Source: a bacterium
GTDB taxonomy: Bacteria > Patescibacteriota > Minisyncoccia > Phycocordibacterales > UBA1550
Assembly: GCA_030649835.1 (NCBI GenBank)
Contig: JAUSES010000029.1
Span: 4,130-68,129, forward strand
Direction: 5' to 3'
DNA: 64,000 bases
Positions 9,855 through 18,414 of the stretch are shown here, one piece after another. Made by a program: the position numbers and the translations under genes. The notes beneath the pieces are model-generated. The model worked only from the letters and a program-made list of their open reading frames with translations. It was not told where the DNA came from and searched no databases. Every line of letters begins with the position of its first letter. Within the stretch, counting starts at the first letter, position 1.

Positions 9855-10907
9855 TTGCAGAACTGTCTTCAAAAGTATATATTGGGGCTCATGATAAATA
9901 TCAAAACCACCCTAAAAAACATTTCTGAAAGCGAAGTAGAGATTCTTTGTGAGGTTCCCTCTGACACATTTGAGAAAGAACGCCCTATTGCACTCAAGAA
10001 AATTGGTGAGGAAGTAACACTTCCGGGTTTTCGCAAGGGGCACGTGCCGGAGTCAATGATTGTTCAAAAATTTGGTGAGGCACTCATCCTCGAAGAAATG
10101 GCAAACCTCGCCATGGACCGCGCCTACAGCGAGATTTTAAATCGCCACAAGGTGAATGCGATTGCAATGCCAAATGTACAGATAAAAAAGCTCGCTATGG
10201 GTAACCCTTTTGAGTTCACACTCACCTTTCAAGTGATGCCTGAAATAAAACTTCCTGATTATAAAAAAATTGCAAAGGAAGTGATGACTATTACAGAAAA
10301 AACTGATGTTACCGACGAGGAAGTGGCGCAAGCAGAAAAGGAGCTCAGCAAACAATTTGCAACCAAAGATCCCGAGGGAAAAGAAGTTCTCCCAGAAATA
10401 ACCGACGAACTTGCACAGAAGTTTGGACCATTTAAAGATGTGGCAGAGTTCCGCACAAAAATCCGTGAGTCAATCGCCCATGAAAAAACAACTCGCGCTC
10501 GCGAAAAGAAACGTATGCAGATTATGGAAAAGGTTGCAGACGGTATCACCACAAAGCTTCCACAAGTATTAATAGACGGTGAGCTTGAGAGAATGATCGG
10601 TCAGTTCAAACACGATGTGGAACAAATGGGGATGAAGTTTGAAGACTACCTCGCGACCACAAAGAAAACTATTGAGGAAATGCGCAAAGAATGGACTTCC
10701 GACGCAGAGAAGCGCGCGAAAGTGCAAATAGCCCTCAACGAAATTTCTCTTTTAGAAAAAATTGAGCCACTTGCAGACGACATCGAGCGCGAATCCAAAT
10801 TTTTCCTCGAAAAATACCCCGACACCGATCCCGCACGTGTCCGCCTCCACCTCTCCATGATGCTCACCAATGAAAAAGTCTTCCAGTTTTTGGAAGCTCA
10901 AAAATAA
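9855..10907 (+). CDS. tig: trigger factor (short form; the PPIase domain appears reduced or absent)
   Basis: N-terminal ribosome-binding domain with the GFRKGHVP signature. The start is possibly MINIKTT at 9891. Confidence 0.75.
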   Translation: MQNCLQKYILGLMINIKTTLKNISESEVEILCEVPSDTFEKERPIALKKIGEEVTLPGFRKGHVPESMIVQKFGEALILEEMANLAMDRAYSEILNRHKVNAIAMPNVQIKKLAMGNPFEFTLTFQVMPEIKLPDYKKIAKEVMTITEKTDVTDEEVAQAEKELSKQFATKDPEGKEVLPEITDELAQKFGPFKDVAEFRTKIRESIAHEKTTRAREKKRMQIMEKVADGITTKLPQVLIDGELERMIGQFKHDVEQMGMKFEDYLATTKKTIEEMRKEWTSDAEKRAKVQIALNEISLLEKIEPLADDIERESKFFLEKYPDTDPARVRLHLSMMLTNEKVFQFLEAQK

Positions 10908-10917
10908 TCTCAGAAAA

Positions 10918-10942
10918 GACCGGCATAATGCCGGTTTTTTCT
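10918..10942 (+). terminator. rho-independent terminator after tig
   Basis: gaccggcataatgccggtc followed by a T-tract. Confidence 0.55.
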
Positions 10943-11328
10943 TAGCTACAAATGATTTGATACTCCTCTTTAATAATCGCTTTCCACTCTGCTGTTTCGT
11001 TTTTGCTACTTAAATCAGTTTTTGTGTATACCAATAAAACTGAGACGGATTGTTTCTCCTTGTTTAACGCAACAATACATCTATTGCCCGAACTCTTTGC
11101 GGATTCTTTTGTTCCTGCTATCCTAAATTTCGTTTTTATAATTTGTACACCTTCTACATCACTAATAGTTTCGGCACGATCAGTCAGAAGTAGATTATCA
11201 ACACGCTCAAGCTCAGCAACAATCGCAAGTCGGGTAATGTCCCATTTCCCTTGGTACTTCTTTTGAAAACTTTTGATGAAATGCCGTTCGGCGAAATCTT
11301 CAATCATTACTGAAAAATTTCCTTGCAT
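10942..11328 (-). CDS. 128-aa protein encoded 12 nt downstream of the HTH-Panacea gene; candidate toxin partner (family not recognised)
   Basis: Operon position. The C-terminal beta-rich segment (NRCIVALNKEKQSVSVLLVYTKTD) is loosely RelE/YoeB-like. Confidence 0.35.
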   Translation of the reverse strand: MQGNFSVMIEDFAERHFIKSFQKKYQGKWDITRLAIVAELERVDNLLLTDRAETISDVEGVQIIKTKFRIAGTKESAKSSGNRCIVALNKEKQSVSVLLVYTKTDLSSKNETAEWKAIIKEEYQIICS

Positions 11329-11340
11329 AATTTTGAACGA

Positions 11341-12042
11341 CTAATACACCACCTCAGGGTCTTCCTGTGTAATGAGTTCGTATGGGATAAGTTCATTGTC
11401 GCGACACAAAAAATATGGAAGTTGATTGTGGGTAAAGTTTACAATTTCATTCGTGTTTTTATCCTTCCACTTTGTTGCAATTTTTTTCATAAGCGACATC
11501 TCCTCTACAGAAAGTGTTCGTATCTTTTCATTTTTATTGCTATCTGATTCGCTCACGAGAAGCATGCCTTTGCCATCAGTATTTTTGCGGTCTATCACAA
11601 TTTTGCCAGACTCCTCAAGCTCGTCGAGTGCGCGAAAAAAGGTATCTGGTACGGGACCATATGAAATCTTCCGATACTGCATGCCACTCATACTTTCAAG
11701 ATGTTCATAGAACCACGCGAAATCTGCAAGATAAAGCAACTTCGCAAGTTTTGTTTTAGTTACTTTGCCGTCATCTTTTTGCGTTAGACTCATGCGTAGA
11801 AAAGAAAGGATCATGTGTTTGTACTTTTCAATGTCGGGGATGGTGCCAGAGAGTAGAGTATCCACTCCGATACTAAAAAAACTTGCGAGCTTCTTTACTT
11901 CATCCACATCAAGCGGTTGTTTCCCTGCCTCTATCGCTGTATATGTTGAGCGAGAAACACCTATCGCTGTGGCGACCTGTTCCTGCGAAAGCCCTCGCCC
12001 TACCCGAAGACTCTTTATGAATTGTGCATATTTATTAGTCAT
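11341..12042 (-). CDS. XRE-family HTH protein fused to a Panacea (DUF4065, SocA/PanA-like antitoxin) domain
   Basis: N-terminus LSQEQVATAIGVSRSTYTAIEAGKQ is an HTH_3 motif. KLAKLLYLADFAWF…YRKISYGPVPDTFF matches the Panacea signature KLxKLLYxAxxW…YGPV. The likely start is MTNKYAQ at 12042; the track ORF extends to a TTG at 12078. Confidence 0.6.
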   Translation of the reverse strand: MTNKYAQFIKSLRVGRGLSQEQVATAIGVSRSTYTAIEAGKQPLDVDEVKKLASFFSIGVDTLLSGTIPDIEKYKHMILSFLRMSLTQKDDGKVTKTKLAKLLYLADFAWFYEHLESMSGMQYRKISYGPVPDTFFRALDELEESGKIVIDRKNTDGKGMLLVSESDSNKNEKIRTLSVEEMSLMKKIATKWKDKNTNEIVNFTHNQLPYFLCRDNELIPYELITQEDPEVVY

Positions 12043-12173
12043 ACACAGATTATACACTGTTTTATGCACAGAAAGCAAGCAATTTTGGTCAAGAATTCAC
12101 ACAAAGGGTGGTATAATGAATGTGCTGGCGTAGTCGAGCCAGCACCTAAATTACTAGAAAATTCGTAGAATTT

Positions 12174-12377
12174 ATGAAGTATTACGTAAACAAAAACCAG
12201 CAAACAAACGGCGACCATGAAGTGCACACAGCAAACTGTTCGCGATTACCGAACCTCGAGAATCGGTTATACCTTGGAGACTTTCTTTATTGCTCACAAG
12301 CAGTAAATGAAGCAAAGAGGTATTATCGGCAATCTAATGGCTGTTATTACTGTTCAAACCCTTGCCATACACAGTAG
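12174..12377 (+). CDS. small Cys/His-rich conserved hypothetical protein (possible Zn-binding)
   Basis: 67 aa with C22, C40, C57, C60, C64 and H65. An extended -10 (TGgTATAAT, 12109..12117) and a 5'-UTR hairpin (12122..12145) lie upstream. Confidence 0.45.
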   Translation: MKYYVNKNQQTNGDHEVHTANCSRLPNLENRLYLGDFLYCSQAVNEAKRYYRQSNGCYYCSNPCHTQ

Positions 12378-12518
12378 ACCAAAGAGGTAAATTGAGCAAA
12401 ATGTGACGGACTATTGAGAGCCAACGGAGAAGGAGGAACGATTTTATGGCCAATCACCTGCGGTGCTAGAAAGGCACACCTCGCTCATAACAAAACCCAC
12501 GAAAGTGGATTTTGTTAT

Positions 12519-12779
12519 TTATATAATTAGAATTATTTGAATTAAAAAACTAAAAGCAATAAGTAGTAGCCCAAAATAACTAAGTTTTTTATATCTTTCG
12601 TACTTTCTTTTTTCAGTTTCGTCAGTTTGTTCTAAAAGAAGACAACTGTCCCCCTCAGGATTAACCCGAGGAGGTAGCCCGAAGAAAAACAATATCATTG
12701 TTCCAACCAACCCAAAAAATGCGCTCCACAATTCAAGATTCATTAAATAGCCAATGAGAATTTCTAAATAATTCTCCAT
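12519..12779 (-). CDS. small two-TM membrane protein, immediately downstream of the restriction-modification gene
   Basis: Two hydrophobic helices. Start lies 3 nt after the stop of the upstream gene. Confidence 0.4.
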   Translation of the reverse strand: MENYLEILIGYLMNLELWSAFFGLVGTMILFFFGLPPRVNPEGDSCLLLEQTDETEKRKYERYKKLSYFGLLLIAFSFLIQIILII

Positions 12780-12781
12780 AT

Positions 12782-15487
12782 CTATTTACTCGTGTACTTC
12801 TTATATAGCTCAAATAAAAATTCAATGCGGGATTCTTTGGTGGGGAATTTTTTGTTGTAGCAGGCGTCGACGGCGCGGTCGAGGTCGGTGTGGGCTTTGA
12901 CGAGCTCGGGTGGCATGGTGTTGGGATCGTATAGATCAGCAAGTGAGCTATGTGGAAATTGCGCACGAGCATCAAGCACACCTTGTGCGGACTCCTCTAC
13001 TTTTTTCTTTTGTTCATCTAAAATATTTTCTGGCCAGGGGAAGTTGTTATAAACAATGTTGATTGAATAATTGTAGTCACTTTTTAATCTTCCACACACT
13101 CTATTAACCCATGTCATGTGCATCAAGGAACTAAGTATTCCAAAAATATATAATAAATTATCTGAAACAACTGATGCTCCTTTGTTGTTGATAACGACAT
13201 TTTTGTGCATAAATCCAATGGGGATTACATCCCTGCTTTCAGAAGAAATGAGTGGGAAAAATAAAAAATTTTCCTCTGGTTGTCTCCTCTCTGCAAAAAT
13301 GGCAGGTGTACTTGCTAATTTTTGAGTTGCTTCACGCGAACTTTCTAAGCGGTGATTTTTAGTCTTCTCAATTCTTTCTAAAACCATCGGCATCATTCTT
13401 AATTTTGAAGGCTCAACACCAACAAGCCACAAGCAATATCGTTTTCTGCTGTTAATTAGTTCCTCAGATCCAATATACTCTCTAAAATACTCTGCACTTT
13501 GTGGTTCAGAATTAACGAACTCGAGGTACTCTTCTTTTGTAAAAATAAGATTACCTCCGTCATTCGGCATACTTCCAAAATTCATTTCTGGGACATTACA
13601 AATGGGCTTTCTGCGACTTTCCAAAAAAATATCATTTCCTTCTGAAAGATACGAGTTGATCTTTTTAACTTCTTTTTCCTTTGGCTCGCTTTTTATTGTC
13701 TCGTATTCATAGAGATATTTTTTAGAAGTCTCCACTGTCGCAAAACCCACAATGACACAATACACAGCTGCAACTCCAGGCGCATCATTATTCCATTTGA
13801 ATGTCTGATGTGCGAAGTGAATTACAATGCCATATTTTTCTTTTAATCTCTTCCACAAAATTCCCACTTGCTCACCTTGGCAGATTGAGTTAGTAGAAAC
13901 GAACGCGGTTTTGATATTGGTACCAACCATATATCGTGATGCCTTTTCATACCATGCAGTTACAAAATCCAAATTGCCTGCACCTTTTGCATTATCAAAA
14001 ATACTCAAGAACACCTCTTTTTGCCCTTTGCTCATTATTCGAGCGCCCACAAAAGGCGGATTACCGAGGATGTACGAGAGTTTGTGCTTGGGTACAACTT
14101 CTTCCCATTTTCTAGTAAGCGCGTTATCATTTACAATTGTCGCTGGTTCACGAAGCGGTAAGCGCAGGTATGGAATGCCAAATTTTGCCGAGAGCTCGTT
14201 GTTCATCTGATGATCTACAAGATACATTGCCGTGCGCGCAATCAGCGCTGGCGACTCCTCTATTTCTATTCCATAAAACTGATTAACATTGAGGAGCGAG
14301 AGGTCTTCGGTGCCAAACATTCTCATCTGTCCTGTTTTATTTTTTATATCAAGGATTTCGAGCTCAAGCCTGCGAAGTTCGCGATACGTAACCACAAGGA
14401 AGTTGCCGCAGCCGCACGCTGGGTCGAGGAATGTGAGCTTTGCAAGCTTTTGATGAAATGCATCAAGTTTTTTTGGATCATACTTCGCTTGATCAAATTC
14501 AACATACAACTCATCAAGAAAAAGTGGTTGAATGACTTTTAAAATATTTTTTTCAGAAGTATAGTGGGCTCCGAGCTGACGTCGACTATCTTCGTTCATT
14601 ACCCCTTGGAACAGGGAGCCGAAAATAGATGCTGATATTTCTGACCAACCAAAACTGCAACACTTCACGAGCTTTAGGCGCGCTCCTGCATCCAAAGATA
14701 CTGGAGCGATACGTTCCGCAAAAACTCCGCCGTTGATGTGTGGGAATGCGTTTAACTGCTCATCGAGATTTGTTTGTCGCTTTTCTCGTGGAGTGTTGAG
14801 GACTTCAAAAATTTGGAGCAAGTGAATGCCTAAATCACTACCGTCTATATTTGTGCGGTCTTCTATATAGGTGCGAAACTGCCCTTGCTGAAATATTCCA
14901 GTGTCCTCGGCAAAGAGGCAGAACAATATACGTGCGAGAAAAACATCAAGGTCATGCCCGCTGTATCCCGTCTTTGCAATCTCGTTGTGAAAATCCGCCA
15001 TCAATTTTGCCGCCTTGATGCTTGCCTCTTCTTCTTTTTCATAATGACGAACAGTATACCCAGAAATGAACCCAAAAAGTTCTATGTTTTTATGTAAATC
15101 TTTAAGCAAAAATTCTTCGTGCTTATTTTCTTCCAAGTCATATACTCGTATTTTTTCAAAATCGGAAACAACAATATAGCGTGGTAGCTCTGCGTTTTTT
15201 AATCCCGGGATATAGTCCTTTGCTTGAGCATATGCTTTGTCGAGGTCTTTGCCTCGCGACTTGTGTTCCGCAAGCATCACCCCTTTCCAGAGAACGTCGA
15301 TAAACCCCTGCGCGCCATCCTGCTTTTTAACATTATATTCAAATGCTGCGACCCTGCGACGAGGAACGCCAAAAACCTCAAAAAATCCGTCCCAAAAACT
15401 TTTTGCTTCTGCGTCTTCGTTGCATTCTCGCTCCCATTCGTGGGCAAAAACGAGGGCGCGGTTTCGTATTTCGTTGAGACTTATCAT
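12782..15487 (-). CDS. Type IIG/IIL single-polypeptide restriction-modification enzyme, MmeI family (N-terminal PD-ExK nuclease, N6-adenine methyltransferase, TRD)
   Basis: FIDVLWKGVMLAEHKSRGKDL matches the MmeI nuclease D-x9-E-x-K motif. LDPACGCGNFLV is motif I. GNPPFVG is motif IV (N6-A methyltransferase). The C-terminal LADLYDP…AH.DLD..V tail is MmeI-like. Length is ~900 aa. Start ATG at 15487 with GGAGG upstream. Confidence 0.75.
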   Translation of the reverse strand: MISLNEIRNRALVFAHEWERECNEDAEAKSFWDGFFEVFGVPRRRVAAFEYNVKKQDGAQGFIDVLWKGVMLAEHKSRGKDLDKAYAQAKDYIPGLKNAELPRYIVVSDFEKIRVYDLEENKHEEFLLKDLHKNIELFGFISGYTVRHYEKEEEASIKAAKLMADFHNEIAKTGYSGHDLDVFLARILFCLFAEDTGIFQQGQFRTYIEDRTNIDGSDLGIHLLQIFEVLNTPREKRQTNLDEQLNAFPHINGGVFAERIAPVSLDAGARLKLVKCCSFGWSEISASIFGSLFQGVMNEDSRRQLGAHYTSEKNILKVIQPLFLDELYVEFDQAKYDPKKLDAFHQKLAKLTFLDPACGCGNFLVVTYRELRRLELEILDIKNKTGQMRMFGTEDLSLLNVNQFYGIEIEESPALIARTAMYLVDHQMNNELSAKFGIPYLRLPLREPATIVNDNALTRKWEEVVPKHKLSYILGNPPFVGARIMSKGQKEVFLSIFDNAKGAGNLDFVTAWYEKASRYMVGTNIKTAFVSTNSICQGEQVGILWKRLKEKYGIVIHFAHQTFKWNNDAPGVAAVYCVIVGFATVETSKKYLYEYETIKSEPKEKEVKKINSYLSEGNDIFLESRRKPICNVPEMNFGSMPNDGGNLIFTKEEYLEFVNSEPQSAEYFREYIGSEELINSRKRYCLWLVGVEPSKLRMMPMVLERIEKTKNHRLESSREATQKLASTPAIFAERRQPEENFLFFPLISSESRDVIPIGFMHKNVVINNKGASVVSDNLLYIFGILSSLMHMTWVNRVCGRLKSDYNYSINIVYNNFPWPENILDEQKKKVEESAQGVLDARAQFPHSSLADLYDPNTMPPELVKAHTDLDRAVDACYNKKFPTKESRIEFLFELYKKYTSK

Positions 15488-15541
15488 GTGTTTTACGTCC
15501 TCCAAGTATACGCCCAATTGTTTTTAATACAAAACGTGCGA

Positions 15542-16255
15542 CTATTTCACAAGTGCCAAGGTGAGTGCGACGATTGCTGCTGTTTCGGCGCGGAGGATTT
15601 GGGGGCCGGTGGTAACAATGGGGATTTTGTGTGAGTGTAAAAACGCTATTTCCTCATCTGTGAAACCTCCTTCGGGGCCGATGAACAGCGAAACGGGTGA
15701 GACTGTGTGCTTCGTGAAATACTCTCGCGCGGATGTTTCTCCACGTGGGTCAAACACGATAAAGTTTTTGTGGGGGATATCTTCCGTTTTTATAATTTCT
15801 AAAATCTCTGGCACCGTTGTGCGCCCAGACTGTTCTGATGCTTCACGCACTATCTTTTGCGCGCGTTCATAGTTCACTCCCTTCTTTTCACTTCGGTCTG
15901 CTTGCACGGGCACAATGCGCGAGGCACCAAGCTCGGTTGCTTTTTCCAACACCATTTCAAAATTATCCTTTTTAATAAGTGCTAGATACAAAGTAACTTC
16001 ACGAAGTGATGAAGGAATGTGTTTCTTTTCCAAAACTTTAAGTGTTGCGAGACTTTTAGACAGTGAAACAAATTCACACAAGGCCTCATCCCCTTTCCCA
16101 TCAAAAAGAACAGCCTTGTCGCACGCCTCCATGCGAAGCACATTCCGCCATTGATTAAGGAGACCCTTGTCCACTAGATTAAACTCAGCGCCCTCAGGCG
16201 GAAGCTCTTTCTTCGGAAAATCCTTATCGTCCACAAAAAATCTATGTAGTTTCAT
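15542..16255 (-). CDS. rsmE: 16S rRNA (uracil1498-N3)-methyltransferase RsmE
   Basis: The RsmE C-terminal motif FIGPEGGFTDEE is present. Confidence 0.8.
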   Translation of the reverse strand: MKLHRFFVDDKDFPKKELPPEGAEFNLVDKGLLNQWRNVLRMEACDKAVLFDGKGDEALCEFVSLSKSLATLKVLEKKHIPSSLREVTLYLALIKKDNFEMVLEKATELGASRIVPVQADRSEKKGVNYERAQKIVREASEQSGRTTVPEILEIIKTEDIPHKNFIVFDPRGETSAREYFTKHTVSPVSLFIGPEGGFTDEEIAFLHSHKIPIVTTGPQILRAETAAIVALTLALVK

Positions 16256-16381
16256 CCCGTTAGAAGTAGGAAATTATTAAAAATTTCCGTAGTTAACTAA
16301 TAAATTGTCAGCCTAAATACATTTATCATAAATTCCCCCTAAACGCCACCCCTGAACCATATGACTTCTAACGGGATTCAT
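16253..16381. repeat. family-1 TIR element copy A (CATCCCGTTAGAAGT … ACTTCTAACGGGATTCAT), with an internal ggaaat…atttcc hairpin
   Basis: The left terminus CAT is the rsmE start codon. Copies also lie at 29577..29703, ~38914..39043 and 55077..55254. Confidence 0.7.
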
Positions 16382-16391
16382 GTTGTTAAAA

Positions 16392-16670
16392 TTATTCAAA
16401 CAAAGAGGCGTGTGTGCCAATGTTTACCAAAAGCAATACTAACACGTCTTTTTCTTTGCGATACAGAAGTAAAATATCATTTTGAACATGACATTCTCGT
16501 ATTCCAACGAATTCACCTTTCAACTCATGATCTTTATATTGAGCAGGGATTTTTTCGCTTTTCTTAAGCAACAAAACTACTTCATCAAGCTTTTTAATAT
16601 GGAAATCCTTGTGCTGCTCAACACGCTTAAGTGACTTTCTGTATTGATTCGATGAAATAACGTGGTACAT
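16392..16670 (-). CDS. type II toxin, YafQ/RelE family
   Basis: YKDHELKGEFVGIRECHVQNDILLLYR matches YafQ-like toxins. Confidence 0.7.
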   Translation of the reverse strand: MYHVISSNQYRKSLKRVEQHKDFHIKKLDEVVLLLKKSEKIPAQYKDHELKGEFVGIRECHVQNDILLLYRKEKDVLVLLLVNIGTHASLFE

Positions 16671-16672
16671 AT

Positions 16673-16960
16673 TTATTTACCAAGAATTTCACGGTGCATC
16701 TGTTCAACATCGTCATACGCTTTAATCTTTCCACTTTTATAATCCCTAAGGGTTTTTTCTGCAATACGTACCAACTCTCGTTTCTTTTCCTCAGGCCAAT
16801 AGTCGGCACTCATTACCGGAAAAGGAATGGACTTTGTATTTACTACTTGTGCAAGAAAAAGCTTCATTCCTGTCGACATATCCAAACCCATAGACTTAAA
16901 GATTTTACTCGCATCACTTTTCATCTTCTTGTCCACCCTAAATTGTAGTGTTGTGGTCAT
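16673..16960 (-). CDS. type II antitoxin, RelB/DinJ family
   Basis: TTLQFRVDKKMKSDASKIFKSMGLDMSTGMKLFLAQVV is a DinJ-like RHH. It lies 3 nt upstream of the toxin. Confidence 0.7.
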   Translation of the reverse strand: MTTTLQFRVDKKMKSDASKIFKSMGLDMSTGMKLFLAQVVNTKSIPFPVMSADYWPEEKKRELVRIAEKTLRDYKSGKIKAYDDVEQMHREILGK

Positions 16961-17094
16961 AAATACAGTATACACCCGCAATCTTCCTTGTCAATACATT
17001 GTCACTACATCAAAATAGTCTATCAGGTCAGCGCAGAAAACAAAAACTCGGCCTGCCGTGAAGCAGACCGAGGTATTGAAAATGAATGCAAAAA

Positions 17095-17601
17095 TTAAAT
17101 AGTGCGACGAAAAAAAACGAAATTTGTATCTGCGCTCCATTCACCGTCATAATGATAATTATTGGGAAGATTCTTCCTTAAATCACTCCTTTTGTAATAC
17201 TCTTGAATTCGTTTATATTCGTTCAAGACAACATTCACCTCCTCTATTAAAGCAACTTCGAATCCACCTTTATCTGAGAGACTGCTACATTGTAAGAACA
17301 TTTGTAGTCCGCGACGACTTTGCGGAAATAGCTCATAGCCAAGCTCTGAAATACGAGCATATGTGTTTCTAAGTTTTGCGCCATTTCCAAAGCCAAGATT
17401 ACGATTAGACGCTATGACTAACTCAGCCCCCGTCTCCTTGCTGTACGTCCTTTCATAATGTCCAACATCCTTAATGGAAGTGGCGGCCTGACTCAAAGCA
17501 GTCAACACCATATTTCTGAGGCATTCTTTTCTGTCTTTTGCCAGCCTATGATTAACACCAGGGGTAATTGTACTAAATGTTGAAAAACGTGAATTGTTCA
17601 T
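17095..17601 (-). CDS. hypothetical protein (168 aa, no recognisable domain)
   Basis: ORF only. Confidence 0.35.
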   Translation of the reverse strand: MNNSRFSTFSTITPGVNHRLAKDRKECLRNMVLTALSQAATSIKDVGHYERTYSKETGAELVIASNRNLGFGNGAKLRNTYARISELGYELFPQSRRGLQMFLQCSSLSDKGGFEVALIEEVNVVLNEYKRIQEYYKRSDLRKNLPNNYHYDGEWSADTNFVFFRRTI

Positions 17602-17740
17602 CGTGCTTCTCCCAAAGTTGATAAAACGGTTAAATTTTGCCCCTCAATCCTCAAAGGACTACTGAAACAAATATAGCAAGTATTTAGGCTTTTGTCAAGT
17701 CAAAATTTGCAACAATTTAGAATTGTGGTACGATACCCAC

Positions 17741-18337
17741 ATGTCCTACTTAATCCCAACTGTTATTGAAAAGTCGCCACAAGGCGAACGTGCGTATGAT
17801 ATTTACTCGCGCCTACTCAAGGAGCGCATCATTTTCCTTTCGGGCGCTATTGATGATGACACGGCAAACATCACCATCGCTCAGCTTCTTTTTCTTGAAT
17901 CTGAAGATCCAAAAAAAGATATTTCTTTATACATCAACTCCCCCGGTGGCTCCGTGACTGCAGGAATGGCGCTCTACGACACCATGCAACACGTGAAGCC
18001 AGATGTTTCTACTATTTGTGTTGGAATGGCAGCATCAATGGGTGCAGTGCTTCTCTCTGCGGGCGCAAAGGGTAAGCGTTTCATACTTCCCAATGCTGAG
18101 GTAATGATTCACCAGCCACTCGGGGGCACCGAGGGGCAGGCGTCCGACATCGCCATCACTGCAAAACATATTTTGAAAATAAAGGAGAATTTGAATAAAA
18201 TACTTTCAAAAAACACCGGCAAGCCTCTCGCACAAATAGAAAAAGACACCGACCGCGACTTTTTCATGTCCGCCGAAGAGGCTAAAAAGTATGGCATCAT
18301 CGACGAGATTTACAAACCCAAGAATCCGCGAAGCTAG
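17741..18337 (+). CDS. clpP: ATP-dependent Clp protease proteolytic subunit
   Basis: [11 protein letters not shown] (Ser), MIHQP (His) and the Asp of the catalytic triad are present. Confidence 0.9.
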   Translation: MSYLIPTVIEKSPQGERAYDIYSRLLKERIIFLSGAIDDDTANITIAQLLFLESEDPKKDISLYINSPGGSVTAGMALYDTMQHVKPDVSTICVGMAASMGAVLLSAGAKGKRFILPNAEVMIHQPLGGTEGQASDIAITAKHILKIKENLNKILSKNTGKPLAQIEKDTDRDFFMSAEEAKKYGIIDEIYKPKNPRS

Positions 18338-18403
18338 CCTGCAAAAAAACATCCCCCGCCTTTTTGAAAAAGGCGGGGGATGTTTTTTTGCAGGCTAGCT
18401 TCG
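18331..18403. terminator. long perfect palindrome acting as a bidirectional terminator between clpP (+) and the AAA ATPase gene (-)
   Basis: gaagctagcctgcaaaaaaacatcccccgcc tttttgaaaaa ggcgggggatgtttttttgcaggctagcttc. Confidence 0.6.
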
Positions 18404-18414
18404 GCCAAATATCA

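Noticed and set aside
16361-16567. ORF MTSNGIHVV… starting inside family-1 element A
   Set aside because: It starts within the repeat arm and runs antisense to the YafQ-like toxin gene, so it is probably spurious. The same MNPVRG/TSNG peptide arises wherever the arm occurs.
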